Shown here: piece after piece, positions 1 to 8,918 of the stretch
How the letters are laid out: the number at the start of each line of letters is the position of its first letter
Numbering within the stretch: position 1 is the stretch's first letter
DNA from: a virus
DNA length: 64,000 nucleotides
Strand: one strand, 5' to 3'
IMG/VR virus record: IMGVR_UViG_3300042863_002274
Notes under the pieces: generated by a model
Seen by the model: the letters and a program-made list of their open reading frames with translations, nothing else
What the model was told of the DNA's origin: nothing
Database searches by the model: none
Program-made: the position numbers and the translations under genes

Positions 1-242
1 GTTCGAATAGGGTTTCCGACCGTGCTACCTGCAGCTTCCAGTAGGAAGCAAATTCTTCCAGCAGTCAGCAGGGGCTTTCCATCACCGCCCGCCTGGGTTA
101 TCGGTATTCCGTTTCCGAATGCACTATTTCGTGCTGCTTCGTTGAGAAAAAGAGAAACGGACTGGTCCATTAAATATTGATTTATATCTGCCGCATAAGC
201 TATTTCGCCAGATAAAAAAAGTTTTACTCCTGCGCCAGCCAT
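1..242 (-). CDS. Tail fibre/minor tail protein, N-terminal part (runs off window)
   Basis: Not in ORF track; ATG at 242 after AGGAG RBS reads MAGAGVKTFLSGEIAYAADINQYLMDQ..., resembling actinophage tail-fibre N-termini; follows baseplate genes. Confidence 0.65.
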   Translation of the reverse strand, partial: MAGAGVKLFLSGEIAYAADINQYLMDQSVSLFLNEAARNSAFGNGIPITQAGGDGKPLLTAGRICFLLEAAGSTVGNPIR

Positions 243-281
243 TATTTTTCTCCTAAATTGCTCATAGATGAGTGTATCATT

Positions 282-1493
282 TTAACCAAACCTGAAATTG
301 TCTAGTGCACCCAACGTTGGGTCGTCAAACGAAAAGAAAAATTCGTCAAACGTTTGCACAGTTATTGAATAGCCCATTGGTTTTGCCCAGTTAACCGATT
401 GGGTCACCAGCGAGCTGACTTCTCCTTCTTCGGCGTCCGGCGTCTCGTTGGCAAGGGTTGCAACTCGGATTGCAAAGGGGTCGCCTAGATATCTCGGCAA
501 TACTGCTACCGACAAAGTGCTAGGGTTTCCGTCTTTTGTCTTTATCAGAACCTGTCGCGCTGCTTCTAGAATGGCATTCCTGCTTCCTGCAGCCGCTCCG
601 TAATGCGAAGTACTTAATTGCCATTCAAGAAAATCTCTTTTGATTCTGGGATTGTCAAAAAACAGTGTTCCGTCAGTTTTTGAAATATTTTGTTTTATTA
701 ACGAACCATTAAACTGAGACAGCCACGGTATGTAGTCGGTGCGCACAGAGCGAGTCGAGACAAGCGAACTAGACGCCCAATATTCAGCTACCTGTGAAGG
801 AGATTGAAGTTGTTGTTGTTCAACCCCGTACATCCTGTCGTGCTCATCTAACGTTTCCCCAGCTGCCGAGGTAAGGATGTCTAAAAGTCTGAAAAAAGGA
901 AAAGATGGATATAACTGAGAAGAGTCAACTTCAAAGTAAAAATCCGGCAAGAACGTTCTTGCTCGGCCAACAAAACGATTTTTATAAAAACCTAACTCAT
1001 GTATGAGGTGAGGAAGTGTTGCATAAATGTTTGCGCTACCCTGGCCTGAAATCGTAAACTTCATTGTTGCAGTGTGCGCATTTCCGTCGTCAGGAACAGA
1101 AGCCTGATTTGTATGAATTGCTGAATATTTACCACTATTTATGGACTGAACGTTAGGGTCGTATGAAGCAGAAGCAGAATCTATATAAAGAAGAGAAGAG
1201 ATACTAATCGGGGAGTTGGCCTTCATTTTTATATTTGCCGAGATGGCTCGTCCATTGTCTGAAAGAGTAAGAGGAATGTTATTTAAAGTTAAAACAACGT
1301 CGTTCGAAGTACTCGGTGCCAACTGCATAACGTATCTAGTATTGACAACCGCTTCTGAGCTTGTTATAAAAAGAGTTGCGTTTGACGCGGTCCAGTCGTA
1401 AGAAAGAGAAGATATACCTACGTACTCACCCTGCTGTGAGGAGAATACCAATAGTGCGTTGTTGTCTGGTAAAAGATTAAAAGTGCTGGCCAT
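282..1493 (-). CDS. Baseplate/tail protein (P2 gpI-like wedge partner)
   Basis: Immediately downstream of baseplate J; YIPWLSQFNG and C-terminal AKPMG motifs typical of gpI-like proteins. Confidence 0.6.
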   Translation of the reverse strand: MASTFNLLPDNNALLVFSSQQGEYVGISSLSYDWTASNATLFITSSEAVVNTRYVMQLAPSTSNDVVLTLNNIPLTLSDNGRAISANIKMKANSPISISSLLYIDSASASYDPNVQSINSGKYSAIHTNQASVPDDGNAHTATMKFTISGQGSANIYATLPHLIHELGFYKNRFVGRARTFLPDFYFEVDSSQLYPSFPFFRLLDILTSAAGETLDEHDRMYGVEQQQLQSPSQVAEYWASSSLVSTRSVRTDYIPWLSQFNGSLIKQNISKTDGTLFFDNPRIKRDFLEWQLSTSHYGAAAGSRNAILEAARQVLIKTKDGNPSTLSVAVLPRYLGDPFAIRVATLANETPDAEEGEVSSLVTQSVNWAKPMGYSITVQTFDEFFFSFDDPTLGALDNFRFG

Positions 1494-1495
1494 TG

Positions 1496-2971
1496 CTACG
1501 TTCCAACGTTGATTGACGCATATGTAATATCAATATCATCAAGAGACAAAAGAGGAAGAGCGTTTTTGTATCTAAACAAAAGGTCCGTTCCATACTTTGG
1601 AAGCCACTGAGTGCCAGTCGGGGTCAGGGTTAAGGACTCAACGTAAACAACGCCAGGAATATTGCTAATCAAGGCAATTACTTGAGTTTGTCTTATTCTA
1701 TCTGAACTTAAAGAAAAAGACTGTGGACTTAAATAGTCTACAATAATGTCCTCTATCGTTTCTATGAGGGCTGCTTGCTCGTATTCTTCGTTAAGTTTTA
1801 TCGAGCCAGTAATTTCTAGTGTTGCGAATGCTGGGTCAATAACGTCTAAAACCAATCCACCTATAGACCTTTCCCTTAGAGCGGTAGCTAAGTTTCCTTT
1901 TTCAATATCGCTTAGTTCACTACCGTTTCCGTATGCAACAACGGCTACGTAACCAGTCACATCTTGACCAGCATATGCTGAACCTGTAACTACAGTGCTT
2001 GCCGAGTTTGCTATTTTTGCAAAACTAAAAGTCGTGTCGCTTCTACCAGTAATTGTGTATTCGCCATTAAAAGTTGCACTTACTGATGAGTTAAACACAT
2101 CTAAGTCGACAACATCGCCAACTACGTAAAGATGAGGTGCTTCTGTTTCTATCGTTGCAAGAGTTCCATCTGCAAAAGTTTTAATTACTCCAGCCGGACG
2201 ATATACCGTCAGGTTTTGATTTTTGTCTGCATCGGTGCTGTCATCCCCGTAGGTTAAGTCCAGTGTTTTTGCCCTAGATACAATAGCTGGGTAGTTTGTT
2301 AGTAGGTAGGCGTCAACTTGAGAAGGGGTTACCAGGACTGAACTGAGTGAACGAAGATACGTAGAAGCTTTTGATAGATAGTCTGCATCGGTGTCGTCAT
2401 TTAAACCATTTGCAAAGTTTGCTGTAGTTGCAATCTCGGCTGCAATAATGTTTGTTCCAGAAGATATTATGCTTAATTCTATTCCTGCCACTAATGGAGG
2501 AATAATTCCGGGTTCTAGTGAACGGACCGTTACTACTGCCGACGGATAGGTGGTTACGCCCTCTGCAACTGCAGGAACCGTTGTGGCAGATATTGTCTGA
2601 AATGCGTACTGTTCAGATTCGTCTTCAAACGTAGAATCGTAAACAAATACGGTTCCAGCAGGAATGTTTCCACCTTCGTAAGAACCTATGGTTACCTCAA
2701 CGTCTACTTCTGCGGGAATGGCTTCTTGACGCTGGTAGCCGAGAATTTGAACAATGCCCGCCATGAGCCTGTCTGGTAGTCTGTTGATTGCGTTTATGTT
2801 TAGCGCACTGACGTATGCAGCAGCCTGAAACATCGCGTCTTCAGGAGTTCCCGGACGTAGATTGAAGTCAGGCAAGGAAAGACGAGCAAGCTCTATGGAG
2901 TCTCTATAGATATCTCCAGGTTCCTTGTCAAATATTGATAGGTCTACGTATTCACTAAAATCTGCTGGCAT
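1496..2971 (-). CDS. Baseplate J-like wedge protein
   Basis: IPAGTVF, NGLNDDTDADYL and IPGVVYV motifs; position in baseplate cluster. Confidence 0.85.
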   Translation of the reverse strand: MPADFSEYVDLSIFDKEPGDIYRDSIELARLSLPDFNLRPGTPEDAMFQAAAYVSALNINAINRLPDRLMAGIVQILGYQRQEAIPAEVDVEVTIGSYEGGNIPAGTVFVYDSTFEDESEQYAFQTISATTVPAVAEGVTTYPSAVVTVRSLEPGIIPPLVAGIELSIISSGTNIIAAEIATTANFANGLNDDTDADYLSKASTYLRSLSSVLVTPSQVDAYLLTNYPAIVSRAKTLDLTYGDDSTDADKNQNLTVYRPAGVIKTFADGTLATIETEAPHLYVVGDVVDLDVFNSSVSATFNGEYTITGRSDTTFSFAKIANSASTVVTGSAYAGQDVTGYVAVVAYGNGSELSDIEKGNLATALRERSIGGLVLDVIDPAFATLEITGSIKLNEEYEQAALIETIEDIIVDYLSPQSFSLSSDRIRQTQVIALISNIPGVVYVESLTLTPTGTQWLPKYGTDLLFRYKNALPLLSLDDIDITYASINVGT

Positions 2972-2981
2972 GTTCTGTCCT

Positions 2982-3284
2982 TTAATCCGCTATTTCAAAA
3001 GCTACTGAAATTTTGGCCAACCCAGAGGACTGTTCGACGCCTGTTGTATCCATAGCTGTAATCGTAATTTCTGGGACGAACTGAGCAGCGTTAAGAATAA
3101 ACACGTTTTTGTCTATCTCTTGAAAAACAGGGTCAAAAGCTCCGAACCCAGGGGTCATCGGGTGGGTTCCTGGCTCTGTGAGCATGCAAATAGACAGCAA
3201 CTGAGAGTAGTAGTCAGTTGTTCCGTCCTGGTGTTTTTTGATACCAGTACTGTCAAATTTTATTGGAAAAGCGAGAGAATCCAT
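2982..3284 (-). CDS. Baseplate wedge/sheath initiator (T4 gp25/P2 gpW-like)
   Basis: 100 aa; LAFPI...LTEPGTHPMTPGFG motif; directly upstream of baseplate J. Confidence 0.8.
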   Translation of the reverse strand: MDSLAFPIKFDSTGIKKHQDGTTDYYSQLLSICMLTEPGTHPMTPGFGAFDPVFQEIDKNVFILNAAQFVPEITITAMDTTGVEQSSGLAKISVAFEIAD

Positions 3285-3291
3285 TTTTCAA

Positions 3292-3651
3292 TTATCCCAT
3301 ACCATCATGGCTTTGTTGCGCTTCTACAGGATTAACCCAAGACAATGTTTCTTCATCCCACAAATAGAAATTGTCGTCATCTGGTCTGGGAAATGGTGGC
3401 TCCCAGTCAAATGATTCACTTAGTAACCATGAAGGGAACGGAGAAGGGGATATGAAAACATCACTCACTTCGTCATACGTAAATCCGATGCCCGCAAACT
3501 GTTTACGGAAGTTGTTGTTGTACGAAGTTTGCACCCATGTTCCCCCAAGGTTGTCCATCAACCACTGGTAACCTTCGTCGGGGTCATTGTTGTCACCTAC
3601 GGTTACGCGTAGAACTATATTGTTTTCATCTATTTCTGCCCAGTGTGCCAT
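3292..3651 (-). CDS. Tail fibre-associated small protein
   Basis: Likely start is the ATG at 3651 (MAHWAEIDENNIVLRV), overlapping the upstream stop as TAATG; WVQTSYN...FAGIG...YD...FI.P.P.PSW motifs. Confidence 0.7.
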   Translation of the reverse strand: MAHWAEIDENNIVLRVTVGDNNDPDEGYQWLMDNLGGTWVQTSYNNNFRKQFAGIGFTYDEVSDVFISPSPFPSWLLSESFDWEPPFPRPDDDNFYLWDEETLSWVNPVEAQQSHDGMG

Positions 3652-4760
3652 TATATTGCGTAACTCACAATCACTATTCCGCTTCCTCCAGCGCCGGAAG
3701 CAACTCCGCCTGACGCATTCCTGCATCCACCACCACCACTTGCTGTGTTCGCAGCAGCACTTACCCCGGTTGTATTCCCGGTAGTTCCGTTTCCGCCAAC
3801 GCCACTTCCCCCGGTTCCAGCAATGTTGTCGCCACCGCCTCCTCCTCCACCGCAATAAAAGGTACTCAAAAAAGAAACTCCTGCGCCACCGTTTCCACTA
3901 TTCACGCCAGAAACCGCGTTTCCTCCTGCTCCAATAAACCCACCGCCACCACCAGCAAGATAATAGCCGTTTGTTTGATTTGCACCACTGCCGCCAGCGT
4001 TGCCTTGCGTTGCCGAGCCTCCCGCCGAAAAGTTATTCAAGTTAACACCACTAGACCCACCGCCACCTGAACCACCAGAAGAGCCAGTGGTAGGAGCATT
4101 GGCATTATAATAGCCCCCGCCTCCGCCTCCTGTTGCCGTGTAGGTGCCACCATTTACGGTTGCAACAGTATTTACTCCGTTTGCTCCTTGACCGCCAAAG
4201 TAAGAAGTCTGACGCGCTCCGCCTCCCCCTATTGTCGCAACAAGAGAACCACTAGCGGGAAGGGTTTGGTCAACGGCTGTCAATCCACCGGCACCACCCC
4301 CGCCACCAACGGAGGAGCCCCCAGCCCCTCCCCCTGCATGTACGCGCACATTGACCGAAGTGGCTGAACTACGAACACTCGTTAAGTTCCCGTTTGCTGT
4401 CATGAAATGGTAGCGCCTACCGCCGCTGTCAATAAATGAACTTCCTCCAGTTATGCCAGTGCCGACTGTTATTGAGAAGGCTTGACTTACTGAACCACCA
4501 GCATTCGTTGCAGTTATTGTAAAAGAATAAGAAGAAGGAGAGGTTGGTGTGCCTGTTAACGCACCCGTAGATGAGTTAAGAGAAATGCCTGCCGGCAAAG
4601 ACCCAGACGTTACCGAGTATGTTGGTGGAGGGGTGCCAGACGCAGTTACTGCATCAGAATAAGCAATTGTTAAATTCATTGTTGAACTGATGGTATTGTC
4701 AGTCCAAGCAGGGGCAATTATTACTGCGCCAGAAGAAACAATGCCAATAGTTGACGGCAT
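3651..4760 (-). CDS. Ig-like domain plus glycine-rich tail fibre/adhesin
   Basis: Likely start MPSTIG at 4760 (TAATG overlap); SGSLPAGISLNSSTGALTGTPT Ig-type repeat, then GGGG-rich region ending GGSGIVIVSY. Confidence 0.75.
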   Translation of the reverse strand: MPSTIGIVSSGAVIIAPAWTDNTISSTMNLTIAYSDAVTASGTPPPTYSVTSGSLPAGISLNSSTGALTGTPTSPSSYSFTITATNAGGSVSQAFSITVGTGITGGSSFIDSGGRRYHFMTANGNLTSVRSSATSVNVRVHAGGGAGGSSVGGGGGAGGLTAVDQTLPASGSLVATIGGGGARQTSYFGGQGANGVNTVATVNGGTYTATGGGGGGYYNANAPTTGSSGGSGGGGSSGVNLNNFSAGGSATQGNAGGSGANQTNGYYLAGGGGGFIGAGGNAVSGVNSGNGGAGVSFLSTFYCGGGGGGGDNIAGTGGSGVGGNGTTGNTTGVSAAANTASGGGGCRNASGGVASGAGGSGIVIVSYAI

Positions 4761-5659
4761 TAACCAAGGTCCCCTACAACGAGATAAACGTTGCTGGCTG
4801 TGCAAATAATAGAAGCGGCTGAGTACTGCGCCCGAAGAGTAAGGGCAGGCGTTCCGTTAACCGTCGCTCCAGAACCTTGAGCAACAGTGAAGGTGGCGCT
4901 ACTTAAACGGGCAAGGTCTACTCGTTGACCGACTGAGAATCCAGTAGAACTGTTTACAGTAAGGGTGCATGCGGCTGTATTGTAAAGTAATTTACCTACG
5001 CTGGATGAAGTTAGGTTTCCAGTCGTAAATAAAACAACTTCTTGTGCCGTTGACCAGTCTCCAGTTGCACCAGTTGCACCAGTTGCACCAGTTGCGCCGA
5101 CGCCAGTGGGTCCAGTAGGTCCTGTTGAACCGGTAGGTCCAGTAGGTCCAGTAGCGCCTATAACGCCACTGACTCCAGAGACACCACTAACACCAGAGAC
5201 GCCCGTAGGTCCAGTTGGTCCACCGGCAGGACCGGATGGCCCACTCGGTCCAACAATACTTAGTGGTTGTGGTCCAATTTCAATCCATGACGAGTCGTAG
5301 TAAATAAAAGTCGTACTCGTACTTGAGTCGAACCATAAATCTCCTGAGGATGGAGTTGAAGGAGCAGTATCGGATATGGCCACCCCTGCTTGCGCCGCTT
5401 CTTTAATGTTTGCCAAGCCTAAAACGATAAGTTCGGTGAAGAACTCGTTAGAAAACGTGCATTTAACCACGTCTCCAACAGCCAGAATCGAGTTACTGTT
5501 TGTGTTAAGAGGGACGACTTTTTCGTAAGAAGACGCCAGTTCTTGGATATATACAGTTACGGCACCGCGCGAATCAACCATTTTTATCAAGCCTGAATAG
5601 ATTCGACCTGGGGCAAGCGGATGGGATGACGATTTTACTCTGTCAATAATTTCTGCCAT
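4760..5659 (-). CDS. Baseplate spike-like N-terminus fused to collagen-like tail protein
   Basis: N-terminal gpV/gp5 OB-fold-like segment (GDVVKCTF...LIVLG), GDLWFDSS motif, Gly-X-Y repeats. Confidence 0.6.
   Translation of the reverse strand: MAEIIDRVKSSSHPLAPGRIYSGLIKMVDSRGAVTVYIQELASSYEKVVPLNTNSNSILAVGDVVKCTFSNEFFTELIVLGLANIKEAAQAGVAISDTAPSTPSSGDLWFDSSTSTTFIYYDSSWIEIGPQPLSIVGPSGPSGPAGGPTGPTGVSGVSGVSGVSGVIGATGPTGPTGSTGPTGPTGVGATGATGATGATGDWSTAQEVVLFTTGNLTSSSVGKLLYNTAACTLTVNSSTGFSVGQRVDLARLSSATFTVAQGSGATVNGTPALTLRAQYSAASIICTASNVYLVVGDLG
5058..5252 (-). repeat. Collagen-like Gly-X-Y coding repeats (GPS/GVS/GPT/GAT), including a 9-bp tandem CCAGTTGCA array at about 5061-5098
   Basis: Seen directly in DNA and translation. 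Confidence 0.9.
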
Positions 5660-5701
5660 GGCCGTTACCTTACTATGCCAAGTTTAATTAAAAATCGTGT
5701 A

Positions 5702-7426
5702 TTACCATTCACTATCTACACCCCCTGGAGTATTGACAAAGTTCTTAAAACTAATGCCAGGGAAACGTTCTTCAATCACGCCAGACTGCTGTATAGATAG
5801 AAGCAGGCCATAATCTCGCCCATTAAGTACTGCGTCTTGTCGAGACCCGCCTTCAATGATGGCTAAATATTTAGCTGACCCAGAGTATCCGCCATCGGCT
5901 AAATATTTTGCTACAACTTCGTCATATGTCTTTATTACAGCTACGCCGTCTTCTGTGAATACGGTTGGTAGAACTGCTGCCTTAAAGGAAGAACCCTCTG
6001 CATAAACGTATTCAACGCTAAAAAGAGTGTGATATCCGACCGTTTTTCCGTTGCTTACGGAAAGAACAATAGGCCTATTCCATAGGTCTATGTTCCCGGT
6101 TAGTATTACTGAGTTTCTGTTGTTCGTGCTCTTAGGTATTTTTCCATAAGTAGATGCATACGTGCGGGAAATGTTTGCGTACTCCATGTCTGGATAACGA
6201 AGTGGGTCCTCTTGTGTCGGAAAATTGTTCCCAGTAATTCTTTTATCCTTGGAGGGGTTTACTATTGGCTTTCCTAGCTCGTTACGAGCTGCTTCTTTTG
6301 TTGTTCGTAAAGGAGCATTCCTCGTAAATGTTTGTTGATACGTCTGACCTAAAGGCAAGAGCCTTATTGCTTCTTTTTCTTCGTCACGAGTCAGTGTTCT
6401 GAAACCAACAGCAACAGGGTCTGGCGTCATTTCTTTGAATGATACGGATTCCACCAAGTAGTAACCGGATGAATTGGGAACATAACCAACATAGGCAGTC
6501 ATTCCTGGCCGAATCTGTACGCCGTTAAACCTTTCAACCAAACAGCTTCCATTTCCGGCGTAAGGGTCGTTTGCGGACTTTGTAATCGTAGGTCTTTCGA
6601 TAAGACGAAAGAAACCAGAAGTTCCGTTGTACTGGGGACCACTGTTTGGCCACTGCAGGGGGATGAATCTTCTGGCCAGTTTTTTTATAGACTTTTTCTT
6701 GGTTTTCTTGTCGATTACTTTTCTGTCTATGTATCTTATATTTGTTCCCCATTTGTGAAGCAAAAACGTTTCCGAAGCAAATACTAAAACCCCATCTACT
6801 TCGAATAAAACAAATTTTGCATCTTTTGCCAACCTGTCCAAAACGTCCCAAACGGATTCCGACTGTTTTGACCCTTTTGCTTTAGTAATATTTTTTGCTT
6901 TAGATGATTCTTCGCAGTAGAAATCAAGGCCATATTTTTTTGCAGCATTTTTAACATATTGACTGCCATTGCCTTTGATTGTTGCTGGAGTCTTGTCTCT
7001 TTTCATTTGCTGAACAGCTTTTGAATAGCACTGAACACTATATATGGCACTTCCGCCCGGCCCTTGTGCTGAGGTGACCTGAGCTATCTCGAAGAGCTGT
7101 CTAACTTGTCTTACTTCACCAGTAAACGAGTTGACTCTTCCCAGAGTTTGTGTTTCGTAGATTATATCTCTTCCAAGTATGAAATAGTTATTTCTTGCCA
7201 TCTCTAAATCAACATCTACAACATCAAACGATATTTCAGAAGCTTGACTTATTGAGTAACTAACCGAGAACGCGGTTACTTTGTCAGAAATGTCTGACAC
7301 CAAATTGTCAGGCAGGGAAGATATGAGTAACTTTCTTTCAAAAGGTCCTCGAAAGTTAGACCTGACAGAACTGCCTACAGGTCTTCCGAAACTATCTACG
7401 CTGGATGGTAAAAATAATTTAGCCAT
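5702..7426 (-). CDS. Baseplate hub-like protein
   Basis: Position after tube initiator; ESVWDVLDRLAKD...FEVDGVLVF and IRPGMT...GYYLVESV motifs of gp27/gpD-like hubs. Confidence 0.65.
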   Translation of the reverse strand: MAKLFLPSSVDSFGRPVGSSVRSNFRGPFERKLLISSLPDNLVSDISDKVTAFSVSYSISQASEISFDVVDVDLEMARNNYFILGRDIIYETQTLGRVNSFTGEVRQVRQLFEIAQVTSAQGPGGSAIYSVQCYSKAVQQMKRDKTPATIKGNGSQYVKNAAKKYGLDFYCEESSKAKNITKAKGSKQSESVWDVLDRLAKDAKFVLFEVDGVLVFASETFLLHKWGTNIRYIDRKVIDKKTKKKSIKKLARRFIPLQWPNSGPQYNGTSGFFRLIERPTITKSANDPYAGNGSCLVERFNGVQIRPGMTAYVGYVPNSSGYYLVESVSFKEMTPDPVAVGFRTLTRDEEKEAIRLLPLGQTYQQTFTRNAPLRTTKEAARNELGKPIVNPSKDKRITGNNFPTQEDPLRYPDMEYANISRTYASTYGKIPKSTNNRNSVILTGNIDLWNRPIVLSVSNGKTVGYHTLFSVEYVYAEGSSFKAAVLPTVFTEDGVAVIKTYDEVVAKYLADGGYSGSAKYLAIIEGGSRQDAVLNGRDYGLLLSIQQSGVIEERFPGISFKNFVNTPGGVDSEW

Positions 7427-7433
7427 AATCTAA

Positions 7434-8918
7434 TTACTCCGCAGGAACGGCCATTCCTCGGTTCTTGTACCAACATGGACTGAGTTTAATTCCGCCCGAG
7501 CGAGCTGTCTCTGAAGAGTCTGTTGCTAGTTCGGTACACAGTTCTGGGTCGGGAGTTCCTCCTGGGGCGTTCGGTACGTTCGGAACCTTACGAAGTTTTG
7601 GCATAAAAATGACATTGTCAGGGCTGAGACGCACTTCTTGAATTGTCATATTTACGGTAGCGCGACTTATGCTCCCCCCATCCGATACGGAGGTAAGGGG
7701 AGTTCTTTGAATAGAAGAGATTGACATATCAAAAATCGCCCATTCCCTATAGCTTTTATCTTCTATGACTGCAGTGCTGCCGCTAAACAGGGAGTCAAAA
7801 TTTCTAAATATTACAAGTTCTGGAGTGTTTGCCATTCTCTGAAGTTTTGCGAGTTTGTCTTCGCATGATTCGTAAATGCTTGATTTATCTCCTGAATGAG
7901 CTTCAACAACAAATTCAAATGAAATTTTCATAAGCTTATTGTTTTTATAGTCAACCAATCCATAATTATTTAAACGTTCAATTTCCGTCCATGTAATTCC
8001 AATATTGCTGTATGAGATATTGTTGGGACGTAAGTTGAACTCGTACTCATCTAGGACCGTTTTTTCAGTAGAATTAGATATTGCTCTGCGTTGAATCATT
8101 TTTGGCGATTCAGGTTTTGATGATGCTTTTACAGTTTGTGTAGGTGACAAAACAGAAATTGTTGCGCTTTTTGCTTTTACTGCAGTATTGACAATATAAG
8201 TAGATGCAAAATTGTTATTTCTTGTAGACAGCGAAGCAACCAGGCTCGTTGCAGCCGCATTGGAAGTTCCGCCAGATGTCAATTCTCTAATTTGAGCTAA
8301 GTCGAAGTTTTCGAGATTCATATCAGTTGAATCACCAACAAAATTATCCCATTTTGACTGTGAGGCTTCGTCAAAATTAGGAAGTTCCGCTATTGCATCT
8401 GTGGAGTCTAAGAGAAAAAACAATTTAAGGAGAGGATGATACCAGTATTGAGACCAGTCATCATCGGTGTCATTAAATTTACGCCATTTTTTAATTCGTG
8501 ATTGCTTGTAAGGATTCGTGTTGCTTTTAAACTTGGTAAGACCCCACTCAAACGTGTATTGCGTTGCTACGTATATATTGTTAGCAAAAACAATCTTATG
8601 ACCAGTTACGAAGTCGTCGTATTTTGTTGTTTTTGGGTTTGAGTACGGTATCTGTGGTGCTCGGAGGTTGTCGGCATCGTTCCACCCGTACTCATCACCC
8701 ACCGTGTACTCAATAAAGTTAAAGTCTTGCTGGGCACCACTTAGAAAGGGAAGCCAATATTTTTGAGTAGAAACAGGAGTATAGGAAGCAGGGAAAACTG
8801 GAGTGTTTGTGTTTACTGTTTGCTTAAACAGCTGCTTTATTGGATAGCCTTTTCTAACGCTTGCGTTGTCTGTTTCGGTATAGCCGACAGTTATGTATGA
8901 AATGCTATTTAGTGCCAT
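7434..8918 (-). CDS. Tail tube initiator-like protein
   Basis: Follows tape measure; C-terminal FNLRPNNISYS...KISFEF...RATVNMTIQE tube-like fold. Confidence 0.55.
   Translation of the reverse strand: MALNSISYITVGYTETDNASVRKGYPIKQLFKQTVNTNTPVFPASYTPVSTQKYWLPFLSGAQQDFNFIEYTVGDEYGWNDADNLRAPQIPYSNPKTTKYDDFVTGHKIVFANNIYVATQYTFEWGLTKFKSNTNPYKQSRIKKWRKFNDTDDDWSQYWYHPLLKLFFLLDSTDAIAELPNFDEASQSKWDNFVGDSTDMNLENFDLAQIRELTSGGTSNAAATSLVASLSTRNNNFASTYIVNTAVKAKSATISVLSPTQTVKASSKPESPKMIQRRAISNSTEKTVLDEYEFNLRPNNISYSNIGITWTEIERLNNYGLVDYKNNKLMKISFEFVVEAHSGDKSSIYESCEDKLAKLQRMANTPELVIFRNFDSLFSGSTAVIEDKSYREWAIFDMSISSIQRTPLTSVSDGGSISRATVNMTIQEVRLSPDNVIFMPKLRKVPNVPNAPGGTPDPELCTELATDSSETARSGGIKLSPCWYKNRGMAVPAE

Noticed and set aside
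3652-3855. Extended N-termini in the ORF track (also 4805, 17722, 23682, 25533, 28046, 39385, 57109, 57784)
   Set aside because: They overlap upstream genes or promoters; downstream starts fit better with translational coupling, an RBS or leaderless spacing
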